This document shows positions 1-12,074 of a stretch of DNA of 64,000 nt, in pieces (the stretch's first letter is position 1; every line of letters begins with the position of its first letter). A program made the position numbers and the translations under genes. Origin of the DNA: Eledone cirrhosa (Eukaryota); assembly GCA_964016885.1 (NCBI GenBank), contig OZ024744.1, positions 130,634,001-130,698,000 of the forward strand, given 5' to 3'. Below the pieces are notes generated by a model. The model was not told where the DNA came from, made no database searches, and saw nothing but the letters and a program-made list of their open reading frames with translations.

Positions 1-3000
1 GTTGAGTTAAGTTGGGGTTAAGTTAAGTTGGGGTTATATTAAGTTGGGGTTAAGTTAAGTTGGGGTTCAGTTAAGTTGGGGTTAAGTTAAGTTGGGGTTA
101 AGTTAAGTTGAGGTTAACTTAAGTTGGGGTTAAGTTAAGTTGGTGTTAAGTTAAGTTGGGGCTAAGTTAAGTTGGGGCTGAGTTAAGTTGGGGCTGAGTT
201 AAGTTGGGGCTAAGTTAAGTTGGGGTTGAGTTAAGTTGGGGTTAAGTTGGGGTTAAGTTAAGTTAGGTTTAAGTTAAGTTGGGGTTAAGTTAAGTTGGGG
301 TTAAGTTAAGTTGGGGTTAAGTTAAGTTGGTGTTAAGTTAAGTTGGGGTTAAGTTAAGTTGGGGTTAAGTTAATTTGTGGTTAAGTTAAGTTGTGGTTAA
401 GTTAAGTTGGGGTTAAGTTAAGTTGGGGTTAAGTTAAGTCGGGGTTAAGTTAAGTTGGGGTTAAGTTAAGTTGGGGTTAATTTAAGTTGGGGTTAAGTTA
501 AGTTGGGGTTAAGTTAAGTTGGGGTTAAGTTAAGTCGGGGTTAAGTTAAGTTGGGGTTAAGTTAAGTTGGGGTTAAGTTAAGTTGGTTAGTTAAGTTGAG
601 TTTAAGTTAAGTTGGGGTTAATTTAAGTTGGGGTTAAGTTAAGCTGGGGTTAAGTTAAGTTGGGGTTAAGTTAAGTTGGGGTTAATTTAAGTTGGGGTTA
701 AGTTAAGTTGCGGGTAATTTAAGTTGGGGTTAAGTTAAGTTGGGGTTAAGTTAAGTTGGGGTTAAGTTAAGTTGGGGTTAAGTTAATTTGGGGTTAAGTT
801 AAGTTGGGGCTAATTCAAGTTGGGGCTGAGTTAAGTTGGGGTTAAGTTAAGCTGGGGTTAAGTTAAGTTGGGGTTAAGTTAAGTTGGGGTTAAGTTAAGT
901 TGGGGTTTATTTAAGTTGGGGTTAAGTTAAGTTGGGGTTCAGTTAAGTTGGGGTTCAGTTAAGTTGGGGTTAAGTTAAGTTGGGGTTAAGATGGGGTTAA
1001 ATTACGTTGGAGTTAAGTTAAGTTGGGGTTAAGTTAAGTTGGGGTTAAGTTAAGTTGGGGTTAAGTTAAGTCGGGGTTAATTTAAGTCGGGGTTAAGTTA
1101 AGTTAGGGTTCAGTTAAGTTGGGGTTAAGTTAAGTTGGGGTTGAGTTAAGTTGGGGTTGAGTTAAATTGGGGTTGAGTTAAGTTGGGGTTGAGTTAAGTT
1201 GGTGTTGAGTTAAGTTGGGGTTAAGTTAAATTGGGGTTAAGTTAAGTTGCAGTTAAGTTAAGTTGAGGTTAAGTTAAGGTGCGGGTAAGTTAAGTTGGGC
1301 TTAAGTTAAGTTGGGGCTAAGTTAAGTTGGGGCTCAGTTAAGTTGGGGCTAAGTTAAGTTGGGGTTAAGTTAAGTTGGGGTTAAGTTAAGTCGGGGTTAA
1401 GTTAAGTTGGGGTTAAGTTAAGTTGGGGTTAATTTAAGTTGGGGTTAAGTTAAGTTGGGGTTAAGTTAAGTTGGGGTTAAGTTAAGTTGGGTTTAAGTTA
1501 AGTTGGGGTTAAGTTAAGTTGGGGTTGAGTTAAGTTGGGGCTGAGTTAATTTGGGGTTAAGTTAAGTTGGGGTTAAGTTAAGTTGGGTTTAAGTTAAGTT
1601 GGGGTTAAATTAAGTTGGGGTTAAATTAAGTTGGGGTTAAGTTAAGTTGGGGTAAGTTAAGTTGGGGGCAAGTTAAGTTGGGGTTAAGATGGGGTTAAAT
1701 TAAGTTGGGGTTAAGTTAAGTTGGGGTTAAGTTAAGTTGGGGTTAAGTTAAGTCGGGGTTAAGTTAAGTCGGGGTTAAGTTAAGTTAGGGGTAAGTTAAG
1801 TTGGGGGCAAGTTAAGTTGGGGTTAATTTAAGTTGGGGTTAAATTAAGTTGGGGTTAAGTTAAGTTGGTGTTAAGTTAAGTTGGGGTTAATTTAAGTTGG
1901 GGTTAATTAAGTTGGGGTTAAGTTAAGTTGGGGTTAAGTTAAGTTGGGGTTAATTTAAGTTGGGGTTGAGTTAAGTTGGGGTTAAGTTAAGTTGGGGTTA
2001 TATTAAGTTGGGGTTAAGTTAAGTTGGGGTTCAGTTAAGTTGGGGTTAAGTTAAGTTGGGGTTAAGTTAAGTTGAGGTTAACTTAAGTTGGGGTTAAGTT
2101 AAGTTGGTGTTAAGTTAAGTTGGGGCTAAGTTAAGTTGGGGCTGAGTTAAGTTGGGGCTGAGTTAAGTTAGGGCTAAGTTAAGTTGGGGTTGAGTTAAGT
2201 TGGGGTTAAGTTGGGGTTAAGTTAAGTTAGGTTTAAGTTAAGTTGGGGTTAAGTTAAGTTGGGGTTAAGTTAAGTTGGTGTTAAGTTAATTTGTGGTTAA
2301 GTTAAGTTGTGGTTAAGTTAAGTTGGGGTTAAGTTAAGTTGGGGTTAAGTTAAGTCGGGGTTAAGTTAAGTTGGGGTTAAGTTAAGTTGGGGTTAATTTA
2401 AGTTGAGGTTAAGTTAAGTTGGGGTTAAGTTAAGTTGGGGTTAAGTTAAGTCGGGGTTAAGTTAAGTTGGGGTTAAGTTAAGTTGGGGTTAAGTTAAGTT
2501 GGTTAGTTAAGTTGAGTTTAAGTTAAGTTGGGGTTAATTTAAGTTGGGGTTAAGTTAAGCTGGGGTTAAGTTAAGTTGGGGTTAAGTTAAGTTGGGGTTA
2601 ATTTAAGTTGGGGTTAAGTTAAGTTGCGGGTAATTTAAGTTGGGGTTAAGTTAAGTTGGGGTTAAGTTAAGTTGGGGTTAAGTTAAGTTGGGGTTAAGTT
2701 AATTTGGGGTTAAGTTAAGTTGGGGCTAATTTAAGTTGGGGCTGAGTTAAGTTGGGGTTAAGTTAAGCTGGGGTTAAGTTAAGTTGGGGTTAAGTTAAGT
2801 TGGGGTTAAGTTAAGTTGGGGTTTATTTAAGTTGGGGTTAAGTTAAGTTGGGGTTCAGTTAAGTTGGGGTTCAGTTAAGTTGGGGTTAAGTTAAGTTGGG
2901 GTTAAGTTAAGTTGGGGCTAATTTAAATTGGGGCTGAGTTAAGTTGGGGTTAAGTTAAGTTGGGGTTAAGTTAAGTTGGGGTTAAGTTAAGTTGGGGTTT

Positions 3001-6000
3001 ATTTAAGTTGGGGTTAAGTTAAGTTGGGGTTCAGTTAAGTTGGGGTTCAGTTAAGTTGGGGTTAAGTTAAGTTGGGGTTAAGATGGGGTTAAATTACGTT
3101 GGAGTTAAGTTAAGTTGGGGTTAAGTTAAGTTGGGGTTAAGTTGGGGTTAAGTTAAGTTAGGTTTAAGTTAAGTTGGGGTTCAGTTAAGTTGGGGTTAAG
3201 TTAAGTTGTGGTTAAGTTAAGTTGGGGTTAAGTTAAGTTGGGGTTAAGTTAAGTCGGGGTTAAGTTAAGTTGGGGTTAAGTTAAGTTGGGGTTAATTTAA
3301 GTTGGGGTTAAGTTAAGTTGGGGTTAAGTTAAGTTGGGGTTAAGTTAATTGGGGTTAAGTTAAGTTGGGGTTAAGTTAAGTTGAGGTTAAGTTAAGTTGG
3401 GGTTAAATTAAGTTTGGGTTAAGTTAAGTTGGGGTTAAGTTAAGTTGGGGTTAAGTTAAGTTGGGGTACGTTAAGTTGGGGATAATTTAAGTTGGGGTTA
3501 AGTTAAGTTGGGTTTAAGTTAAGTTGGGGTTAAGTTAAGTTGGGGTTAAGTTAAGTTGGGGTTAAGTTAAGTTGGGGTTAAGTTAAGTTGGGGCTAATTT
3601 AAGTTGGGGCTGAGTTAAGTTGGGGTTAAGTTAAGTTGGGGTTAAGTTAAGTTGGGGTTAAGTTAAGTTGGGGTTAATTTAAGTTGGGGTTAAGTTAAGT
3701 TGGGGTTCAGTTAAGTTGGGGTTCAGTTAAGTTGGGGTTAAGTTAAGTTGGGGTTAAGATGGGGTTAAATTACGTTGGAGTTAAGTTAAGTTGGGGTTAA
3801 GTTAAGTTGGGGTTAAGTTAAGTTGGGGTTAAGTTAAGTCGGGGTTAATTTAAGTCGGGGTTAAGTTAAGTTAGGGTTCAGTTAAGTTGGGGTTAAGTTA
3901 AGTTGGGGTTGAGTTAAGTTGGGGTTGAGTTAAATTGGGGTTGAGTTAAGTTGGGGTTGAGTTAAGTTGGTGTTGAGTTAAGTTGGGGTTAAGTTAAATT
4001 GAGGTTAAGTTAAGTTGCAGTTAAGTTAAGTTGAGGTTAAGTTAAGGTGCGGTTAAGTTAAGTTGGGGTTAAGTTAAGTTGGGGTTAAGTTAAGTTGGGG
4101 TTAAGTTAAGTTGGGGTTAAGTTAAGTTGGGGTTAAGTTAATTTGTGGTTAAGTTAAGTTGTGGTTAAGTTAAGTTGGGGTTAAGTTAAGTTGGGGTTAA
4201 GTTAAGTCGGGGTTAAGTTAAGTTGGGGTTAAGTTAAGTTGGGGTTAATTTAAGTTGGGGATAATTTAAGTTGGGGTTAAGTTAAGTTGGGTTTAAGTTA
4301 AGTTGGGGTTAAGTTAAGTTGGGGATAAGTTAAGATGGGGTTAAGTTAAGTTGGGGTTAAGTTAAGTTGGGGTTAAGTTAAGTTGGGGCTAAGTTATGTT
4401 GGGGCTGAGTTAAGTTGGGGTTAAGTTAAGTTGGGGTTAAGTTAAGTTGGGGTTAATTTAAGTTGGGGTTTATTTAAGTTGGGGTTAAGTTAAGTTGGGG
4501 TTCAGTTAAGTTGGGGTTAAGTTAAGTTGGGGTTAAGATGGGGTTAAATTAAGTTGGGGTTAAGTTAAGTTGGGGTTAAGTTAAGTTGGGGTTAAGTTAA
4601 GTCGGGGTTAAGTTAAGTCGGGGTTAAGTTAAGTTAGGGGTAAGTTAAGTTGGGGGCAAGTTAAGTTGGGGTTAATTTAAGTTGGGGTTAAATTAAGTTG
4701 GGGTTAAGTTAAGTTGGTGTTAAGTTAAGTTGGGGTTAATTTAAGTTGGGGTTAATTAAGTTGGGGTTAAGTTAAGTTGGGGTTAAGTTAAGTTGGGGTT
4801 AATTTAAGTTGGGGTTGAGTTAAGTTGGGGTTAAGTTAAGTTGGGGTTATATTAAGTTGGGGTTAAGTTAAGTTGGGGTTCAGTTAAGTTGGGGTTAAGT
4901 TAAGTTGAGGTTAACTTAAGTTGGGGTTAAGTTAAGTTGGGGCTGAGTTAAGTTGGGGCTGAGTTAAGTTGGGGCTAAGTTAAGTTGGGGTTGAGTTAAG
5001 TTGGGGTTAAGTTGGGGTTAAGTTAAGTTAGGTTTAAGTTAAGTTGGGGTTAAGTTAAGTTGGGGTTAAGTTAAGTTGGGGTTAAGTTAAGTTGGTGTTA
5101 AGTTAAGTTGGGGTTAAGTTAAGTTGGGGTTAAGTTAATTTGTGGTTAAGTTAAGTTGTGGTTAAGTTAAGTTGGGGTTAAGTTAAGTTGGGGTTAAGTT
5201 AAGTCGGGGTTAAGTTAAGTTGGGGTTAAGTTAAGTTGGGGTTAAGTTAAGTTGGGGTTAAGTTAAGTTGGGGTTAAGTTAAGTTGGGGTTAAGTTAAGT
5301 CGGGGTTAAGTTAAGTTGGGGTTAAGTTAAGTTGGGGTTAAGTTAAGTTGGTTAGTTAAGTTGAGTTTAAGTTAAGTTGGGGTTAATTTAAGTTGGGGTT
5401 AAGTTAAGCTGGGGTTAAGTTAAGTTGGGGTTAAGTTAAGTTGGGGTTAATTTAAGTTGGGGTTAAGTTAAGTTGCGGGTAATTTAAGTTGGGGTTAAGT
5501 TAAGTTGGGGTTAAGTTAAGTTGGGGTTAAGTTAAGTTGGGGTTAAGTTAATTTGGGGTTAAGTTAAGTTGGGGCTAATTTAAGTTGGAGCTGAGTTAAG
5601 TTGGGGTTAAGTTAAGCTGGGGTTAAGTTAAGTTGGGGTTAAGTTAAGTTGGGGTTAAGTTAAGTTGGGGTTTATTTAAGTTGGGGTTAAGTTAAGTTGG
5701 GGTTCAGTTAAGTTGGGGTTCAGTTAAGTTGGGGTTAAGTTAAGTTGGGGTTAAGATGGGGTTAAATTACGTTGGAGTTAAGTTAAGTTGGGGTTAAGTT
5801 AAGTTGGGGTTAAGTTAAGTTGGGGTTAAGTTAAGTCGGGGTTAATTTAAGTCGGGGTTAAGTTAAGTTAGGGTTCAGTTAAGTTGGGGTTAAGTTAAGT
5901 TGGGGTTGAGTTAAGTTGGGGTTGAGTTAAATTGGGGTTGAGTTAAGTTGGGGTTGAGTTAAGTTGGTGTTGAGTTAAGTTGGGGTTAAGTTAAATTGGG

Positions 6001-7610
6001 GTTAAGTTAAGTTGCAGTTAAGTTAAGTTGAGGTTAAGTTAAGGTGCGGGTAAGTTAAGTTGGGCTTAAGTTAAGTTGGGGCTAAGTTAAGTTGGGGCTC
6101 AGTTAAGTTGGGGCTAAGTTAAGTTGGGGTTAAGTTAAGTTGGGGTTAAGTTAAGTCGGGGTTAAGTTAAGTTGGGGTTAAGTTAAGTTGGGGTTAATTT
6201 AAGTTGGGGTTAAGTTAAGTTGGGGTTAAGTTAAGTTGGGGTTAAGTTAAGTTGGGTTTAAGTTAAGTTGGGGTTAAGTTAAGTTGGGGTTGAGTTAAGT
6301 TGGGGCTGAGTTAATTTGGGGTTAAGTTAAGTTGGGGTTAAGTTAAGTTGGGTTTAAGTTAAGTTGGGGTTAAATTAAGTTGGGGTTAAATTAAGTTGGG
6401 GTTAAGTTAAGTTGGGGGTAAGTTAAGTTGGGGGCAAGTTAAGTTGGGGTTAATTTAAGTTGGGGTTAAATTAAGTTGGGGTTACGTTAAGTTGGTGTTA
6501 AGTTAAGTTGGGGTTATTTTAAGTTGGGGTTAATTAAGTTGGGGTTAAGTTAAGTTGGGGTTAAGTTAAGTTGGGGTTAATTTAAGTTGGGGTTAAGTTA
6601 AGTCGGGGTTAAGTTAAGTTGGGGTTAAGTTAAGTTGGGGTTAAGTTAAGTTGGTTAGTTAAGTTGAGTTTAAGTTAAGTTGGGGTTAATTTAAGTTGGG
6701 GTTAAGTTAAGCTGGGGTTAAGTTAAGTTGGGGTTAAGTTAAGTTGGGGTTAATTTAAGTTGGGGTTAAGTTAAGTTGCGGGTAATTTAAGTTGGGGTTA
6801 AGTTAAGTTGGGGTTAAGTTAAGTTGGGGTTAAGTTAAGTTGGGGTTAAGTTAATTTGGGGTTAAGTTAAGTTGGGGCTAATTTAAGTTGGGGCTGAGTT
6901 AAGTTGGGGTTGAGTTAAGTTGGGGTTAAGTTGGGGTTAAGTTAAGTTAGGTTTAAGTTAAGTTGGGTTTAAGTTAAGTTGGGGTTAAGTTAAGTTGGGG
7001 TTAAGTTAAGTTGGGGTTAAGTTAAGTTGGGGTTAAGTTAAGTTGGGGTTAAGTTAAGTCGGGGTTAAGTTAAGTTGGGGTTAAGTTAAGTTGGGGTTAA
7101 GTTAAGTTGGGGTTAAGTTAAGTTGGGGTTAAGTTAAGTCGGGGTTAAGTTAAGTTGGGGTTAAGTTAAGTTGGGGTTAATTTAAGTTGGGGTTAAGTTA
7201 AGTTGGGGTTAAGTTAAGTTGGGGTTAAGTTAAGTTGGGGTTAAGTTAAGTTGGGGATAATTTAAGTTGGGGTTAAGTTAAGTTTGAGTTTAAGTTAAGT
7301 TGGGGTTAAGTTAAGTTGGGGTTAAGTTAAGTTGGGGTTAAGTTAAGTTGGTTAGTTAAGTTGAGTTTAAGTTAAGTTGGGGTTAATTTAAGTTGGGGTT
7401 AAGTTAAGCTGGGGTTAAGTTAAGTTGGGTTTAATTTAAGTTGGGGTTAATTTAAGTTGGGGTTAAGTTAAGTTGGGGTTAAGTTAAGTCGGGGTTAAGT
7501 TAAGTTGGGGTTAAGTTAAGTTGGGGTTAAGTTAAGTTGAGGTTAAGTTAAGTTGGTTAGTTAAGTTGAGTTTAAGTTAAGTTGGGGTTAATTTAAGTCG
7601 GGGTTAAGTT

Positions 7611-7664
7611 AAGTTGGGGTTAAGTTAAGTTGGGGTTAACCCCAACTTAACTTAACCCCAACTT
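7611..7664. other. Perfect spacer-less palindrome (27-bp arms) at the left inversion junction; hairpin/cruciform-capable; equivalent palindromes lie at the other five copies
   Basis: AAGTTGGGGTTAAGTTAAGTTGGGGTT|AACCCCAACTTAACTTAACCCCAACTT, with the first mismatch at the CACTC variant. Imperfect pairing can extend across the 175-bp block. Confidence 0.9.
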
Positions 7665-7812
7665 CACTCAACCCCAACGTAACTCAACCCCAACTTAACT
7701 TAACCCCAACTTCACTCAACCCCAACTTAACTTAACCCCAACTTCACTCAACCCCAACTTCCAACTTGACTTAACCCCAACTTAACTTAGCCCCAACTTA
7801 ACTTAAGCCCAA
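7638..7812 (-). repeat. Inverted satellite block, copy 1 (175 bp, ~11 monomers, AACCCCAACTTAACTT)
   Basis: Strand switch at GGGGTT|AACCCC (7637/7638); returns to + orientation at ...AAGCCCAA|AGTCGGGG (7812/7813). Confidence 0.97.
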
Positions 7813-10800
7813 AGTCGGGGTTAAGTTAAGTTGGCGTTAAGTTAAGTTGGCGTTAAGTTAAGTTAGGCTTAACTTAAGTTGGGGTTCAGTTAAGTTGGGG
7901 GTAAGTTAAGTTGGGGTTAAGTTAAGTTAGGGTTAAGTTAAGTTGGGGTTGAGTTAAGTTGGGGTTAATTAAGTGGTGGTTATCTTAAGTTGGGGTTAAG
8001 TTAAGTTGGGGTTAATTTAAATTGGGGTTAAGTTAACTTTGTGGTTAAGTTAAGTTGGGGTTAAGTTAAGTTGGGGTAAAGTTGGGGTTGAGTTAAGTTG
8101 GGGTTGAGTGAAGTTGGGGTTAAGTTAAGTTGGGGTTAAGTTAAGTTGGGGTTAAGATAAGTCGGGGTTAAGTTAAGTTGTGGTTGAGTTAAGTTGGGGT
8201 TAATTTAAGTTGGGGCTAAGTTAATTTGTGGTTAAGTTAAGTTGGGGTTAAGTTAAGTTGGGGTTAAGTTAAGTTGGGGTTGAGTTAAGTTGGGGCTGAG
8301 TTAATTTGGGTTTAAGTTAAGTTGGGGTTAAGTTAAGTTGGGTTTAAGTTAAGTTGGGGTTAAATTAAGTTGGGGTTAAATTAAGTTGGGGTTAAGTTAA
8401 GTTGGGGGTAAGTTAAGTTGGGGACAAGTTAAGTTGGGGTTAATTTAAGTTGGGGTTAAATTAAGTTGGGGTTACGTTAAGTTGGTGTTAAGTTAAGTTG
8501 GGGTTAATTTAAGTTGGGGTTAATTAAGTTGGGGTTAAGTTAAGTTGGGGTTAAGTTAAGTTGGGGTTAATTTAAGTTGGGGTTGAGTTAAGTTGGGGTT
8601 AAGTTAAGTTGGGGTTATATTAAGTTGGGGTTAAGTTAAGTTGGGGTTAAGTTAAGTTGGGGTTAAGTTAAGTTGGGGTTAAGTTAAGTTGAGGTTAAGT
8701 TAAGTTGGGGTTAAGTTAAGTTGGTGTTAAGTTAAGTTGGGGCTAAGTTAAGTTGGGGCTGAGTTAAGTTGGGGCTGAGTTAAGTTGGGGCTAAGTTAAG
8801 TTGGGGTTGAGTTAAGTTGGGGTTAAGTTGGGGTTAAGTTAAGTTAGGTTTAAGTTAAGTTGGTGTTAAGTTAAGTTGGGGTTAAGTTAAGTTGGGGTTA
8901 AGTTAAGTTGGGGTTAAGTTAAGTTGGGGTTAAGTTAATTTGTGGTAAAGTTAAGTTGTGGTTAAGTTAAGTTGGGGTTAAGTTAAGTTGGGGTTAAGTT
9001 AAGTCGGGGTTAAGTTAAGTTGGGGTTAAGTTAAGTTGGGGTTAATTTAAGTTGGGGTTAAGTTAAGTTGGGGTTAAGTTAAGTTGGGGTTAAGCTAAGT
9101 CGGGGTTAAGTTAAGTTGGGGTTAAGTTAAGTTGGGGTTAATTTAAGTTGGGGTTAAGTTAAGTTGGGGTTAAGTTAAGTTGGGGTTAAGTTAAGTTGGG
9201 GTTAAGTTAAGTTGGGGATAATTTAAGTTGGGGTTAAGTTAAGTTTGAGTTTAAGTTAAGTTGGGGTTAAGTTAAGTTGGGGTTAAGTTAAGTTGGGGTT
9301 AAGTTAAGTTGGTTAGTTAAGTTGAGTTTAAGTTAAGTTTGGGTTAATTTAAGTTGGGGTTAATTTAAGCTGGGGTTAAGTTAAGTTGGGGTTAAGCTAA
9401 GTTGGGGTTAATTTAAGTTGGGGTTAAGTTAAGTTGCGGGTAATTTAAGTTGGGGTTAAGTTAAGTTGGGGTTAAGTTAAGTTGGGGTTAAGTTAAGTTG
9501 GGGTTAAGTTAATTGGGGTTAAGTTAAATTGGGGCTAATTTAAGTTGGGGCTGAGTTAAGTTGGGGTTAAGTTAAGTTGGGGTTAAGTTAAGTTGGGGTT
9601 AAGTTAAGTTGGGGTTAAGTTAAGTTGGGGTTTATTTAAGTTGGGGTTAAGTTAAGTTGGGGTTCAGTTAAGTTGGGGTTCAGTTAAGTTGGGGTTAAGT
9701 TAAGTTGGGGTTAAGATGGGGTTAAATTACGTTGGAGTTAAGTTAAGTTGGGGTTAAGTTAAGTTGGGGTTAAGTTGGGGTTAAGTTAAGTTAGGTTTAA
9801 GTTAAGTTGGGGTTAAGTTAAGTTGGGGTTAAGTTAAGTTGTGGTTAAGTTAAGTTGGGGTTAAGTTAAGTTGGGGTTAAGTTAAGTCGGGGTTAAGTTA
9901 AGTTGGGGTTAAGTTAAGTTGGGGTTAATTTAAGTTGGGGTTAAGTTAAGTTGGGGTTAAGTTAAGTTGGGGTTAAGTTAATTGGGGTTAAGTTAAGTTG
10001 GGGTTAAGTTAAGTTGAGGTTAAGTTAAGTTGGGGTTAAATTAAGTTTGGGTTAAGTTAAGTTGGGGTTAAGTTAAGTTGGGGTTAAGTTAAGTTGGGGT
10101 AAGTTAAGTTGGGGATAATTTAAGTTGGGGTTAAGTTAAGTTGGGTTTAAGTTAAGTTGGGGTTAAGTTAAGTTGGGGTTAAGTTAAGTTGGGGTTAAGT
10201 TAAGTTTGGGTTAAGTTAAGTTGGGGCTAAGTTAAGTTGGGGCTGAGTTAAGTTGGGGTTAAGTTAAGTTGGGGTTAAGTTAAGTTGGGGTTAAGTTAAG
10301 TTGGGGTTAATTTAAGTTGAGGTTAAGTTAAGTTGGGGTTCAGTTAAGTTGGGGTTCAGTTAAGTTGGGGTTAAGTTAAGTTGGGGTTAAGATGGGGTTA
10401 AATTACGTTGGAGTTAAGTTAAGTTGGGGTTAAGTTAAGTTGGGGTTAAGTTAAGTTGGGGTTAAGTTAAGTCGGGGTTAATTTAAGTCGGGGTTAAGTT
10501 AAGTTAGGGTTCAGTTAAGTTGGGGTTAAGTTAAGTTGGGGTTGAGTTAAGTTGGGGTTGAGTTAAATTGGGGTTGAGTTAAGTTGGGGTTGAGTTAAGT
10601 TGGTGTTGAGTTAAGTTGGGGTTAAGTTAATTTGTGGTTCAGTTAAGTTGTGGTTAAGTTAAGTTGGGGTTAAGTTAAGTTGGGGTTAAGTTAAGTCGGG
10701 GTTATGTTAAGTTGGGGTTAAGTTAAGTTGGGTTTAAGTTAAGTTGGGGTTAAGTTAAGTTGGGGATAAGTTAAGTTGGGGTTAAGTTAAGTTGGGGTTA

Positions 10801-12074
10801 AGTTAAGTTGGGGTTAAGTTAAGTTGGGGCTAAGTTAAGTTGGGGCTGAGTTAAGTTGGGGTTAAGTTAAGTTGGGGTTAAGTTAAGTTGGGGTTAATTT
10901 AAGTTGGGGTTTATTTAAGTTGGGGTTAAGTTAAGTTGGGGTTCAGTTAAGTTGGGGTTAAGTTAAGTTGGGGTTAAGATGGGGTTAAATTAAGTTGGGG
11001 TTAAGTTAAGTTGGGGTTAAGTTAAGTTGGGGTTAAGTTAAGTTGGGGTTAAGTTAAGTCGGGGTTAAGTTAAGTCGGGGTTAAGTTAAGTTAGGGGTAA
11101 GTTAAGTTGGGGGCAAGTTAAGTTGGGGTTAATTTAAGTTGGGGTTAAATTAAGTTGGGGTTAAGTTAAGTTGCTGTTAAGTTAAGTTGGGGTTAATTTA
11201 AGTTGGGGTTAATTAAGTTGGGGTTAAGTTAAGTTGGGGTTAAGTTAAGTTGGGGTTAATTTAAGTTGGGGTTGAGTTAAGTTGGGGTTAAGTTAAGTTG
11301 GGGTTATATTAAGTTGGGGTTAAGTTAAGTTGGGGTTCAGTTAAGTTGGGGTTAAGTTAAGTTGGGGTTAAGTTAAGTTGAGGTTAACTTAAGTTGGGGT
11401 TAAGTTAAGTTGGTGTTAAGTTAAGTTGGGGCTAAGTTAAGTTGGGGCTGAGTTAAGTTGGGGCTGAGTTAAGTTGGGGCTAAGTTAAGTTGGGGTTGAG
11501 TTAAGTTGGGGTTAAGTTGGGGTTAAGTTAAGTTAGGTTTAAGTTAAGTTGGGGTTAAGTTAAGTTGGGGTTAAGTTAAGTTGGGGTTAAGTTAAGTTGG
11601 GGTTAAGTTAAGTTGGGGTTAAGTTAAGTTGGGGTTAAGTTAATTTGTGGTTAAGTTAAGTTGTGGTTAAGTTAAGTTGGGGTTAAGTTAAGTTGGGGTT
11701 AAGTTAAGTCGGGGTTAAGTTAAGTTGGGGTTAAGTTAAGTTGGGGTTAATTTAAGTTGGGGTTAAGTTAAGTTGGGGTTAAGTTAAGTTGGGGTTAAGT
11801 TAAGTCGGGGTTAAGTTAAGTTGGGGTTAAGTTAAGTTGGGGTTAAGTTAAGTTGGTTAGTTAAGTTGAGTTTAAGTTAAGTTGGGGTTAATTTAAGTTG
11901 GGGTTAAGTTAAGCTGGGGTTAAGTTAAGTTGGGGTTAAGTTAAGTTGGGGTTAATTTAAGTTGGGGTTAAGTTAAGTTGCGGGTAATTTAAGTTGGGGT
12001 TAAGTTAAGTTGGGGTTAAGTTAAGTTGGGGTTAAGTTAAGTTGGGGTTAAGTTAATTTGGGGTTAAGTTAAGT

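Noticed and set aside
7611-7664. Rho-independent terminator or structured ncRNA
   Set aside because: The hairpin is a by-product of the inversion; there is no upstream gene, loop or U-tract.
7638-7812. Transposon or MITE insertion at a TTAA site (piggyBac-like)
   Set aside because: The block is simply inverted satellite. It has no terminal inverted repeats of its own and no TTAA duplication at the right junction, and its copies share flanks, so they spread by segmental duplication.
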